Origin: an uncultured bacterium
GTDB lineage: Bacteria > Joyebacterota > Joyebacteria > Joyebacterales > Joyebacteraceae
Reading direction: 5' to 3'
DNA: 29,472 bases
Assembly (NCBI GenBank): GCA_964521425.1
Contig: CAZFRO010000029.1
Location: forward strand, 1-29,472
Below, in pieces: positions 18,103-26,830 of this stretch. Position 1 is the first letter of the stretch, and each line of letters opens with the position of its first letter. The notes beneath the pieces were generated by a model. It saw only the letters and a program-made list of their open reading frames with translations, was not told the origin of the DNA and ran no database searches. Made by a program: the position numbers and the translations under genes.

Positions 18103-18656
18103 GCGGCGACCACCTCCTCTTCCTTCCTCTTCCCGTCTTTTCTCAGGAGCGCCAGGGCTCCGATAATCGACGTGAAGAGCACTGTCGCCTCGCCCATCGT
18201 GTCGTATGCCCGGAAGTCAAGGATCACCGACGATACGATGTTGGCGCAGTACGTCGCGGGAAGCCCGGTGTGTACGTACACCCTCGACACGCGCATGAGT
18301 GGCTCGCCAAACTCGGGGAAGCCCCTGCCCCCAAAGATCATCGCCCCAAACCCGAGGACCAGCCCGAAGAAGATCAGTGATGTCACGACCGCCAGAGTAT
18401 CTCGATGCGATTCGACCGCCGTGTTGTCGAGAAGGATCGTTCCCCTGATCAGGATGATCAGTACGAGAACCTCAACAACCAGCTGTGTGATCGCGATGTC
18501 GGGCGCTCCAAGAAAGAGGAACGCGACAGACAGCGCGAAGCCGACCGCAGCCACCGAGATCACAGCGGACAGGAGGTTCCTGGTCTCAATGGCCACGATC
18601 GATCCCACGATCATGAACACCAGGAGTGCATAGAGCTGAGGAGTGATGTTTTCCAT
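18099..18656 (-). CDS. MnhB-domain (DUF4040, MrpA C-terminal-like / MbhD-like) membrane protein
   Basis: GAPDIAITQLVVEVL matches the MnhB/DUF4040 signature that normally forms the C-terminus of MrpA. Here it is a separate ORF. Confidence 0.68.
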   Translation of the reverse strand: MENITPQLYALLVFMIVGSIVAIETRNLLSAVISVAAVGFALSVAFLFLGAPDIAITQLVVEVLVLIILIRGTILLDNTAVESHRDTLAVVTSLIFFGLVLGFGAMIFGGRGFPEFGEPLMRVSRVYVHTGLPATYCANIVSSVILDFRAYDTMGEATVLFTSIIGALALLRKDGKRKEEEVVAA

Positions 18657-18710
18657 TAACTCGTCTCCCGCCTGTCTCGAGCAACCTTGTGTGTCATCCC
18701 AAAATGCCCA

Positions 18711-20600
18711 CTACCTGCCGGCCATTTCCTTTAGCAGTGCCGTCAGTACCGCGAATACTATCGCACCGAGACCTATGACGCACCACGCGAGGTACGTCGA
18801 CAGGACGCCGCTGTGTAGAGACTTCAGCGCCTTGACGAAGACATCGCCGACCCGGCCGCCAACCACGTGGACGTCGAATACCTTCTGCTCGGCGTTCATG
18901 TAGAAGCCCTTGAACGGGATCATTTCCTTGATCGTGTTGTAGAAGCCCGTCCCGGTCACGTGCATCGCATCCATGCGCTCCGGCGGTCTCGTACCGCCGA
19001 TGAAGACATGGCCTACCCGCCTCTTCGTGAGTTTCCCCACCACTACCACGCCCAGCCCGACAATGATGCCCACGATGATAAGCCCGGTCGCACTTGCCGG
19101 ATCCCAATACCCGGCGCCGAGCGTGATCGCGCCTGCCGGCGTTGTGTCGACTGCCCCATGGACGATTGGATTGATGAACCTGTCCAGCGGGAACTTCGCC
19201 CAGACACCGAAGAGAACACAGAGGCCCGCGAATACGATCAACGGGATCCGAATGAACCAGGACGCCTCTCTCACGTGACTAAGTGCGCTCGGCTGCTGCC
19301 CAAGGAAGGCCGAGTAGAGAACCTTAACAAACGACGCGAGCGTCAGCGCACTTCCGAAGAGGGCGACGACAATGAAGATCCAGTACGCGCTGAAGCCTCT
19401 GCCACCCAGCTCGACAATGCCGGTGTAGATCATCCACTTCGAGACGAAGCCGTTGAACGGAGGCACACCGGAAATCGCGAACGCCGCGATTGCCATGGTG
19501 ATGAACGTGACAGGCATCGCCTTGGCGAGACCTCCCAGTTTTGAGATCTCCGTCGTTCCCGCCTGCTTCTCAATAGACCCGGCCCCAAGGAACAGACACG
19601 ACTTGTAGATGGCATGGTTGAGCATGTGGAAGATGCCGCCGGCGATGGCTATCGGGATTCCGGTGCCGATACCTAGCACCATGTACCCGACCTGGCTGAT
19701 CGCGTGGTACGAGAGCAGCACCTTGAGGTCGTGCTGGATGAGCGCCATCATAACGGCCGCGAATATCGTCACCGCACCTATGATCATAAGGACGAGCGAG
19801 AGACCTGGCCCTATGCTGAAGATGTCGAGACTGATTCTCGCAAGAAGATAGATTCCCAGAAGCTTGTCGATCGATGCCGGGAGCAGTGCCATCACCGGCG
19901 TCGGTGCGCCCTTGGCCGCAGCGGGAATCCACGTGTGAAACGGCATTGCGCCGGCCTTGGTGATCGCACCGATCATCAGAAGCAGATAGATGAACGTGGA
20001 CATCGGGGCGGCGACAAAGATCCTGAGATGGCTCATTGAGAGCGTGCCGTACTTGACCCAGATCAGAGCGACGGCAAGGAAGAGCGCGGCATCGGAGAAA
20101 CCGAGCATAAGGAAGCTCTTCGATGCACCATCGGAGGCCTCAGCACGCTTCTTGCCCAGGTTGATATACAGGTAGAGGATCGCGGTCAGCGCCTCCCAGA
20201 AGATAAGGAGGATGAGCAGACTGTTCGAGAGCACCGCACCGCAACTGGCCGCCACCGTCCAGAGCAGATAGGCGTAGTAACGCCTCCCATCGTGCTCCTT
20301 GTCGAGCCAGCCGATCGAGTAGATCCCCACACCTAACCCAAACAGACCCACAAACACGATGACAAAGGCACTGAAGTGGTTGAGCAGCAGGTCGAACTGA
20401 ACGTCAAGGCTGCCAAACACCACCCAGTCCTTCGTGAACGAGAGCGGCCACTGTCCGAACAGCTGGAGCGCAGCAACCAACGCCCACGCGGTGCCCGCAA
20501 TTGCGATCACCTCCCTGACGCCCTTGACCCGTTTCGGTACGAAGAGACAGAGCAGGCCGGCGACGGCAGGGATGATTATGGGAACCAGAATCTGTGGCAT
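18711..20600 (-). CDS. mrpA: MrpA/NuoL-like antiporter subunit (HyfB/MbhH-like)
   Basis: 629 aa, polytopic, with a NuoL-family core (GWLDKEHDG..., PTPVMALL..., HAISQVGYM...). It lacks the MrpB-like C-terminal fusion. Confidence 0.85.
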   Translation of the reverse strand: MPQILVPIIIPAVAGLLCLFVPKRVKGVREVIAIAGTAWALVAALQLFGQWPLSFTKDWVVFGSLDVQFDLLLNHFSAFVIVFVGLFGLGVGIYSIGWLDKEHDGRRYYAYLLWTVAASCGAVLSNSLLILLIFWEALTAILYLYINLGKKRAEASDGASKSFLMLGFSDAALFLAVALIWVKYGTLSMSHLRIFVAAPMSTFIYLLLMIGAITKAGAMPFHTWIPAAAKGAPTPVMALLPASIDKLLGIYLLARISLDIFSIGPGLSLVLMIIGAVTIFAAVMMALIQHDLKVLLSYHAISQVGYMVLGIGTGIPIAIAGGIFHMLNHAIYKSCLFLGAGSIEKQAGTTEISKLGGLAKAMPVTFITMAIAAFAISGVPPFNGFVSKWMIYTGIVELGGRGFSAYWIFIVVALFGSALTLASFVKVLYSAFLGQQPSALSHVREASWFIRIPLIVFAGLCVLFGVWAKFPLDRFINPIVHGAVDTTPAGAITLGAGYWDPASATGLIIVGIIVGLGVVVVGKLTKRRVGHVFIGGTRPPERMDAMHVTGTGFYNTIKEMIPFKGFYMNAEQKVFDVHVVGGRVGDVFVKALKSLHSGVLSTYLAWCVIGLGAIVFAVLTALLKEMAGR

Positions 20601-20618
20601 CTACTTTCCCCCGAGCCT

Positions 20619-21791
20619 CTAGAGATTCTTCTTAAGCCATTCGGTCTTCTGGTGACTCAGCTTGATAAGATCATGTCCGTTCGCGATTCTCTTGCCGCCT
20701 GGGTCGATCACAGCGATGCGCTCCGTGCAGCTGTAGCACGGGTCGATGATCGCGAAAATGACCGTGGCGTCTGAGATGCTCTCGCCCTTCACGCGCGGTC
20801 GATAGGACGGGATGTTCACGAAGGTTGGCGCCCTCATCTTATGCCGCTCGGGCATGTTCGTGCCGTTCGAGCGGATGAAGTGGAAGCACTCGCCGCGCGG
20901 GGCTTCAACGTGACCGATTCCCTCTCCCCGCGGGATCTCGCGAACCTCACTCCTGATCTCCCCGCCGGGCAGCTTCTTGATGCACTGCTGGACGATCTTG
21001 ACCGACTCCAATATCTCGAGAAGCCTCACCACAGCCACAGCCAGCATATCGCCATCGGGCTGGGTGATGACCTTCCAGTCAACCTCGTCATACGCGCCGT
21101 ACGGTTCGTCTCTGCGGACGTCGATGTCAACGCCTGAACCTCGCGCGGTCGGACCAAGAACGCCGTACGCGACCGCGTCCTCATTGGTCAGGATGCCGAC
21201 GCCCTTCAAGCGTCCCAATATGACCGGGTCGTTGAGAATGGCGCCGATGAGCATGTTGGTCTTCTCCACAAACTCATCCATTGCCTTCAGTACTGGTGGC
21301 CAGACATCATCAGGAACCTCGCGCCTGACACCACCTGGGCAATACCACGCGTAGTTGTTCCTGTTTCCGGTGATTGCCTCGAGCGCGTCGAGGATCGGCT
21401 CCCGGTACTTCCAGCCCCACATGAAGACGGTCCAGTAGCCGATGATGTGTCCGGCAAGTCCTACCCAGAGCATGTGGCTGTGCAGCCGCTCCAGCTCGTG
21501 GACGATGGTTCTCAGATAGCGCGCACGATCAGGAACGACGATCCCGCCGATATCTTCCATCGCAAGGGTCGCTGCCCAGCTGTGTGAAGCCGAGCAGATA
21601 CCGCAGATTCGCTCAACCAGGAACACGTCCTGATCGAACGTCTTCTCCTCGGCCAGAAGCTCCATCCCTCTGTGGATGCGCCCGAGATCCATGTCGGCGC
21701 CCACCACAGTCTCCCCCTCGACCTGCAGAGTGATATACTCCGGCTCCTCGAGGAGAGGATGGAATGGCCCAATGGGAATGGTTGTGCTCAT
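20619..21791 (-). CDS. Group 4 [NiFe]-hydrogenase large subunit (NuoD/HycE C-terminal/MbhL-like)
   Basis: N-terminal NiFe motif ERICGICSASHSW (RxCGxCxxxH) and C-terminal DPCYSCTER (DPCxxCxxR). A roughly 30-aa extension follows, consistent with maturation-protease processing. Confidence 0.9.
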   Translation of the reverse strand: MSTTIPIGPFHPLLEEPEYITLQVEGETVVGADMDLGRIHRGMELLAEEKTFDQDVFLVERICGICSASHSWAATLAMEDIGGIVVPDRARYLRTIVHELERLHSHMLWVGLAGHIIGYWTVFMWGWKYREPILDALEAITGNRNNYAWYCPGGVRREVPDDVWPPVLKAMDEFVEKTNMLIGAILNDPVILGRLKGVGILTNEDAVAYGVLGPTARGSGVDIDVRRDEPYGAYDEVDWKVITQPDGDMLAVAVVRLLEILESVKIVQQCIKKLPGGEIRSEVREIPRGEGIGHVEAPRGECFHFIRSNGTNMPERHKMRAPTFVNIPSYRPRVKGESISDATVIFAIIDPCYSCTERIAVIDPGGKRIANGHDLIKLSHQKTEWLKKNL

Positions 21792-22220
21792 TTATTCGTC
21801 TCTCCTCATTGCATGGAAGTCTGCCGGTCTGTCATGGGAGGAGAGTATCTTGCGCGGATCCGGATGGTCGACGAACTCAACGCCCAAGAAATCGAAAATC
21901 TCTCGCTCGATGAAATCTGCAGCCGGGTAGTACTTCGTAAGCGCTTCTATTTTTGGGAATGGCTTGTCGAGTGTTGTTCTGATGTTTACAACCGTGCCCT
22001 CACGATCAATTGCGAAGTGGTACAGGAGCTCCACCCCCGTTGACCGATCGCTCCCCGTCGCCGTCGTAAGCCTCCCCCCCTCCACCTCGTACATGTGCCG
22101 TGTCACAGCAATCCAGTCGTCATTCGAGACCGCGACATACGCACGCTTGTGGTTGTGTTCGTAGATCTCCACGCGGTCGCCGAACTTCGCCTTCAAGTTC
22201 TCAAGAACCTGTTTGCTCAT
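21792..22220 (-). CDS. NuoC-like subunit (30 kDa family; HycE N-terminal domain equivalent, MbhK-like)
   Basis: NuoC-fold sequence. The ATG at 22220 has GGGGAG 10 nt upstream; the track start at 22259 has no RBS. Its stop abuts the large-subunit ATG with no gap. Confidence 0.78.
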   Translation of the reverse strand: MSKQVLENLKAKFGDRVEIYEHNHKRAYVAVSNDDWIAVTRHMYEVEGGRLTTATGSDRSTGVELLYHFAIDREGTVVNIRTTLDKPFPKIEALTKYYPAADFIEREIFDFLGVEFVDHPDPRKILSSHDRPADFHAMRRDE

Positions 22221-22299
22221 CGTCTTGTCACTCCCCGAGCCCGGGCCTTTGGGCGGCAACCCCGCACCGCTTCCTTCACCACCGGCTCATCCTGTTCAG

Positions 22300-22713
22300 C
22301 TAGAGCGTCCCCAAGAGCTTCACGACCGCGCCGATGATTGCCTCGGGTCGCGGAGGGCACCCTGGGACATACGCGGCGACCGGAACATGCTTGTCGACAG
22401 GTCCCGCGAAGTTGTACCCGTCCTTGAAGATCCCGCCCGTGCACGCACACGCCCCGATAGCTATAACCACAGCCGGCTGGGGCGCCTGCTCGTATGCTTC
22501 GATCAGATCGGGCACGACCTTCCGCGGCACGCTGCCCGAGACCAGAAGCACATCGGCGTGCTTCAAGCTGCCGACGAGCTTCATCCCGAAGCGCTCCACG
22601 TCGTACTTCGGGCACAGACAATCGAGAACCTCGATGTCACAGTTGTTGCACGCGCCCGCGTTCAGATGGAACAGCCACAACGACTTCTTGAATCCCCACT
22701 TGGTTGCGTCCAT
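22300..22713 (-). CDS. [NiFe]-hydrogenase small subunit (NuoB/HycG/MbhJ-like)
   Basis: Proximal cluster Cys ligands GACNNCDIEV, GACACTGG and VPGCPPRPE. Confidence 0.85.
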   Translation of the reverse strand: MDATKWGFKKSLWLFHLNAGACNNCDIEVLDCLCPKYDVERFGMKLVGSLKHADVLLVSGSVPRKVVPDLIEAYEQAPQPAVVIAIGACACTGGIFKDGYNFAGPVDKHVPVAAYVPGCPPRPEAIIGAVVKLLGTL

Positions 22714-22735
22714 GTGCTCCCCGTCCGCTCGCGAC

Positions 22736-23674
22736 CTAGAATCCGAGGATCGCGAGAATCATGCCGACGACCGCTATCACGGTGACAGGTCCCCAGAAGA
22801 ATCTGACGGCCTGGTCGATCCTGACCCTCGGAGTTGTGTTCTTGATGAGAACAATGATCACAATGATTATCACGTACTTCACGATCGTGTAGAGAATGCC
22901 CCACCCCGAGAGAACCAGTCCACCCCAGAAGACCGTGATAAGGAAGATGGGCAGCGTGAAGAGCATCATGGCCTGCTGAAGCTTGATGACGGCAAGTGCC
23001 GCGCCCGAATACTCTATGTGCGTCCCGTCCATCAGCTCAGTTTCAGCCTCCGGGATGTCGAACGGCGGGAACGTGAGCTTCGCCTGAACAACCAGAATGC
23101 AGACGATGAATGCCAGAATGCAGGAGGCGTTGCCAAGAAGCACACCGTTGGCCGCCTGGTACTGGAGAATGCCGTCAAGTCTCAGTGTCATCGGGGACAC
23201 CTTGGTGACGGCCGTGAAGATCGCGATGACAAACGGAAGCTCGTACGCAAGGACGAGCTTCATTTCGCGGCTGGCGCCGATGCTGGCAAGCGGATTACTC
23301 GATGCGGAAGCGCCTAGAATGATCCCGAGCGAGGGAATCGTCAGAAGGTAGATGACACCGATGAGATCTCCGACGAAGCCCGTGCCGTGCATGTTGGTGA
23401 GCCAGAGCATCGTGGACACAACACCAACGGCGGCAAGTCCGGCCATTGGTGCGAATAGGAATCCCGCCCGCCTCGCTCCAGCCGGTATGATTATCTCCTT
23501 GCCCATCAACTTGAGGACGTCGGCGAACGGCTGGTACCACGGCGGGCCGACCCTCCACTGGACCAGCGCACTCACCTTGCGGTCAATCCACTGCGTCACG
23601 AGCCCTATCACCGCCGTGAAGAGCAGACCTGGGAAGATGAGAAAGCTCAGAACCAACCCGAGTGTTGAAGCCAT
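22736..23674 (-). CDS. NuoH-like membrane subunit (HycD/EchB/MbhM-like)
   Basis: 312 aa with eight TM helices. It carries the conserved NuoH-family charged loop regions. Confidence 0.82.
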   Translation of the reverse strand: MASTLGLVLSFLIFPGLLFTAVIGLVTQWIDRKVSALVQWRVGPPWYQPFADVLKLMGKEIIIPAGARRAGFLFAPMAGLAAVGVVSTMLWLTNMHGTGFVGDLIGVIYLLTIPSLGIILGASASSNPLASIGASREMKLVLAYELPFVIAIFTAVTKVSPMTLRLDGILQYQAANGVLLGNASCILAFIVCILVVQAKLTFPPFDIPEAETELMDGTHIEYSGAALAVIKLQQAMMLFTLPIFLITVFWGGLVLSGWGILYTIVKYVIIIVIIVLIKNTTPRVRIDQAVRFFWGPVTVIAVVGMILAILGF

Positions 23675-23728
23675 CCTGTTACCTCTCTCGTTGACTTGAA
23701 TGCAGAAGGGTCTCGTTCGACGGGCCCG

Positions 23729-24247
23729 TTACCTCGGCCTCCTCACCGTCTTCATCACACTACGGGCTCCGCGCATCGGAACGCCCTTCTGAGCTTCCAC
23801 GTCGCTGATGTCCTCGAAGGTCCGAGCCCCCGAGACGCACGTCCCGGCACACATCGAATCCTTCGCCTCGAGAGTTCGCCAGTTGCAGAGATCACACTTG
23901 TCGAGCGTGTGCCGCGTCTTCAGGAGATCGATCGCCCCGAAGGGACACGCCTGCGCGCACGACGTGCAACCACTGCACTTGATGTTGCTGCGAATGACCA
24001 GACCGTCATCGCGACGCTGAATCGCCTCCTGCGGGCACGCCGCTTCACAGAGCGGCTGCTCACAGTGTCGGCAGTTCATCTGCAGCACAATGTTCGTCAT
24101 GATAGGCGAAGCCTCAAGCTGGTTCTGCATGTTGTGCGAGTAGAAGCATGCCGCGAGGCAGCTCTTGCAGCTGATGCAGCGTCCGTAGTCGAGGACGTTT
24201 CTGTTGTTCATCCAGCTCTCCTGCTTTATCGCGCTCGCGCGGTCCAC
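23729..24247 (-). CDS. HycB-like poly-ferredoxin (four [4Fe-4S] motifs)
   Basis: Four Cys clusters: CISCKSCLAAC, CRHCEQPLCEAACP, CSGCTSCAQACP and CDLCN...C. Confidence 0.78.
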   Translation of the reverse strand: MDRASAIKQESWMNNRNVLDYGRCISCKSCLAACFYSHNMQNQLEASPIMTNIVLQMNCRHCEQPLCEAACPQEAIQRRDDGLVIRSNIKCSGCTSCAQACPFGAIDLLKTRHTLDKCDLCNWRTLEAKDSMCAGTCVSGARTFEDISDVEAQKGVPMRGARSVMKTVRRPR

Positions 24248-24270
24248 TGGTGGCGGCGCCGCGTCAGCCG

Positions 24271-25959
24271 TTAGTCCTCCGGCACAATCTTCACGTCGGA
24301 GGAGGTTACATCAAACCACTTGGTGCCGGCGTTCAGGGTCCAGACCATGAGCCCTCGCGCGTCAGGTACATATGAGGGAATGGCCACGAGCCCTGGTGGC
24401 ATCCTGTCCGTCACAGTTGTTATGAGGCGAGTCTCGCCTCTCCCTGTCGAGATGGCCACGGTCGAGCCCTGCTCGATGCCGGCCTCATCCGCCGCCTCTT
24501 CAGAAAGCCACATCTCGCAGTATGGATTCTGCGCCTGCGGGAAACTCATACGTCCCGTCAGCGTTCCGTCCCAGCGATGCAGCGGACTGATGCTCTCGAC
24601 AAGCTCGAGCCCACCACCGGGCGCGCTCGCAAGCTTGCCAAGCGCCGCGTTCACGTCCACGGCCAGCTCTGAGTGCGTGGCGGTTGCCCCGCCCGCCGGA
24701 ATCCCAATCCCCATCTCGGCCGCGATGTCCGCCATCATCATCCCGACAGACCTCGCGTCGCCCTGTGGCTTCGCGCACGTATCGAGCGATGTTGAGAAGC
24801 CAAACGACGGTGAGTAGCTTCCGTTGAATTCCGTCCAGACTGCCTGCGGCAGCCCGACATCGCTGTGCTTCGATGTGTCGTTCTCAAAGATCGCGGAAGC
24901 CGCGAGAAACTCAAGGCTCTCCAGATCCTCCGGACTAACTGCCCCCGGATAGAGCTGCACAAGATCCGGCCCTAACACCAGGAGTCCCTTGATTCTCTTG
25001 TCGGCAACACCAGACAGGATCTCCGCTGCGGTCCGGTTGGAACTGACGCGCTCGTAAGCGCCTATAGCATTCCCACCTCTAAAGAGAGGCGCGTACTTGC
25101 CGCCCGCGGCAGATGCGAGCTTCGCTGCGAGAAGACCCGTAAGATAACCGGATGTAGAGTCGCCGAGTCTCGAAGAGACGACGACAACGACCTTCTGGGA
25201 GTTGCGGAGCCCCGCAGCAATCCTCTCGATTCCAGCCTTCGACATTCCGCCCGCGGCTGCCGCCGCCTCAACATCCACGGAAGGTGAACCTTGTACGTTC
25301 ATGGCCTTGAGCAGAGCGGCCAGAATGAGGGGTTCGCTTCCGGCCGGCGGCTCGATGTGCAGATCGGCGAACCAGTCGGTGTTGGAACGGTAAGGATTGA
25401 TAGTGATGATCTGATTCGACCTGCTCTTGTGTCTTGCCTCAATGATGCGCTTCGACACGGTCGGGTGCCCCCAGAACACATCCCCGATCAGGACAAAGCA
25501 GTCCGCTTCGTCGAGATCCTCCGGGGTTGCATCGCCGGCTCCACCGCCCGTGAGCAAGCCGTAGTCGTTCCCGTCGTAGGCAACGCCTATGCTCGTGGTG
25601 CCAAGAACGTGTGTGGCGAAACCGACGGCCGCATCGTAGTCCTCGTTCGAGAGCTCTGTCCCGACGATGACACCGAGCGCATCGGCTCCATGGTTCGTCT
25701 TTATCTCGTCCATCTTCCCGGCCATCTTCGTCACCGCGACAGACCACGGCACTCTCCGCCGGTTGACGGTAGCCGCGAGGAATCGCTTCGGGTGAAGAAG
25801 GATTTCGAGGTTGTAGTGTCCTCTGGCGCAGAGCGACCCGCGGGACAGAGGCGACTCCTCATCGAAGTCTACCCTCACGGGCACTCCTTGGTCGACCTCC
25901 ACCGCGAACCCGCACTGGAGGGAGCAGATGAGACAAGACGCCTTCCTGATCTCTGGCAT
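24271..25959 (-). CDS. Molybdopterin-oxidoreductase family subunit, FdhF-like but non-canonical
   Basis: N-terminal 4Fe-4S ligands C9, C12, C16 and C44 align with FdhF C8, C11, C15 and C42. A C-terminal MGD-cap-like domain is present. The region aligning to FdhF CCARVU(Sec140)HGP reads GVAYDGNDYG, so no Sec or Cys is there. There is no in-frame TGA. RBS CAGGGGAAG. Confidence 0.7.
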   Translation of the reverse strand: MPEIRKASCLICSLQCGFAVEVDQGVPVRVDFDEESPLSRGSLCARGHYNLEILLHPKRFLAATVNRRRVPWSVAVTKMAGKMDEIKTNHGADALGVIVGTELSNEDYDAAVGFATHVLGTTSIGVAYDGNDYGLLTGGGAGDATPEDLDEADCFVLIGDVFWGHPTVSKRIIEARHKSRSNQIITINPYRSNTDWFADLHIEPPAGSEPLILAALLKAMNVQGSPSVDVEAAAAAGGMSKAGIERIAAGLRNSQKVVVVVSSRLGDSTSGYLTGLLAAKLASAAGGKYAPLFRGGNAIGAYERVSSNRTAAEILSGVADKRIKGLLVLGPDLVQLYPGAVSPEDLESLEFLAASAIFENDTSKHSDVGLPQAVWTEFNGSYSPSFGFSTSLDTCAKPQGDARSVGMMMADIAAEMGIGIPAGGATATHSELAVDVNAALGKLASAPGGGLELVESISPLHRWDGTLTGRMSFPQAQNPYCEMWLSEEAADEAGIEQGSTVAISTGRGETRLITTVTDRMPPGLVAIPSYVPDARGLMVWTLNAGTKWFDVTSSDVKIVPED

Positions 25960-25984
25960 GTCGACTTCCCCTGAGACTGATCAG

Positions 25985-26830
25985 TTAGAATGGATCCTCG
26001 AACGAGGCGACCTGTGCCGCCGTCATGACGGGTCCGTCCTTGCAGATGTAGAGCTCGCCCATCATGCAGTGCCCGCACTTACCTAGCCCACAGCTCATGT
26101 TGCGCTCCATCGAGTGGTAGATGTTCTCCGGCTTGAAGCCCTTCTCGAGAAGCGCGATGTTCACGAACTTAAGCATGATCGGGGGCCCACAAACACAGGC
26201 GACGGCCGTCTCCGCGCTGAACGGCAACCCTTCGACATCGACGGTGGTGAGAAGAGGCAGATCGTCAAGAAGCACCGTTACTACACCCACCTTGCCGGTC
26301 CAGTTCTCTGCCGGCTCGTCGATCGTCAGCAACACCTCAGTGTTCTTCATCTTCTCCCACTCGCGGAGAAGGTCCTTGAAGATAACGTCTTCGGGCGTCC
26401 TCGCTCCGTAGCGGATCGACACCTTCTTGTAGCGATCGATGTCGTCGAAGAGTGCCAAGATGAGCGACCGAAGCGGGGCCAGTCCAACGCCGCCGCCCAT
26501 TATCAGAATCTCTTTGCCGTCGAAGTCGGCCATGTTGTAGCCGTTGCCGTACGGCCCACGGATCCCGACGGTGTCTCCCACCTTCATCTTTGTGAGCGCG
26601 TGCGTCACCGTGCCGACGTCCATGATCGTGATCTCCATCGTCTCTGTGACGTTGGGGTTCGACGACGGCGTGAATGGAGCCTCTCCAACTCCCGGCACCG
26701 TAAGCTCAACGAACTGACCCGCCGCAAAGGTAAGTGGCTCCTTTGGACGGAATCTGTAGGTTGTGATGTTCGGGGACTCCTGCTTGATATCCTCGATCAC
26801 ACTCTCTATTGGCCTGTAGATGTTCTTCAT
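25985..26830 (-). CDS. FAD/NAD(P)-binding [2Fe-2S] oxidoreductase subunit (HydG/AsrB/PyrK-like)
   Basis: FNR-like fold. The C-terminal CGLGKCGHCMMGELYIC is a 2Fe-2S motif. The start is reassigned to the ATG at 26830, which forms an ATGA overlap with the upstream stop. The track start at 26923 would overlap the upstream gene by 97 nt. Confidence 0.78.
   Translation of the reverse strand: MKNIYRPIESVIEDIKQESPNITTYRFRPKEPLTFAAGQFVELTVPGVGEAPFTPSSNPNVTETMEITIMDVGTVTHALTKMKVGDTVGIRGPYGNGYNMADFDGKEILIMGGGVGLAPLRSLILALFDDIDRYKKVSIRYGARTPEDVIFKDLLREWEKMKNTEVLLTIDEPAENWTGKVGVVTVLLDDLPLLTTVDVEGLPFSAETAVACVCGPPIMLKFVNIALLEKGFKPENIYHSMERNMSCGLGKCGHCMMGELYICKDGPVMTAAQVASFEDPF

Noticed and set aside
17345-18166. 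Long plus-strand ORFs antisense to the operon. Examples are 17345..18166 (273 aa), 18867..19544 (225 aa), 22334..23317 (327 aa), 25291..25974 (227 aa), 27202..27999 (265 aa), 28189..29088 (299 aa), 8756..9538 (260 aa) and 16604..17290 (228 aa).
   Set aside because: These are typical spurious antisense ORFs of a high-GC genome. They are Arg/Pro/His-rich low-complexity translations with no RBS. Each lies opposite a well-supported CDS with clear family motifs.
24271-25959. Selenocysteine-containing formate dehydrogenase with a SECIS element.
   Set aside because: There is no in-frame TGA in the ORF, and no Cys at the aligned position either. I therefore describe it as a non-canonical molybdopterin subunit, not a selenoprotein.
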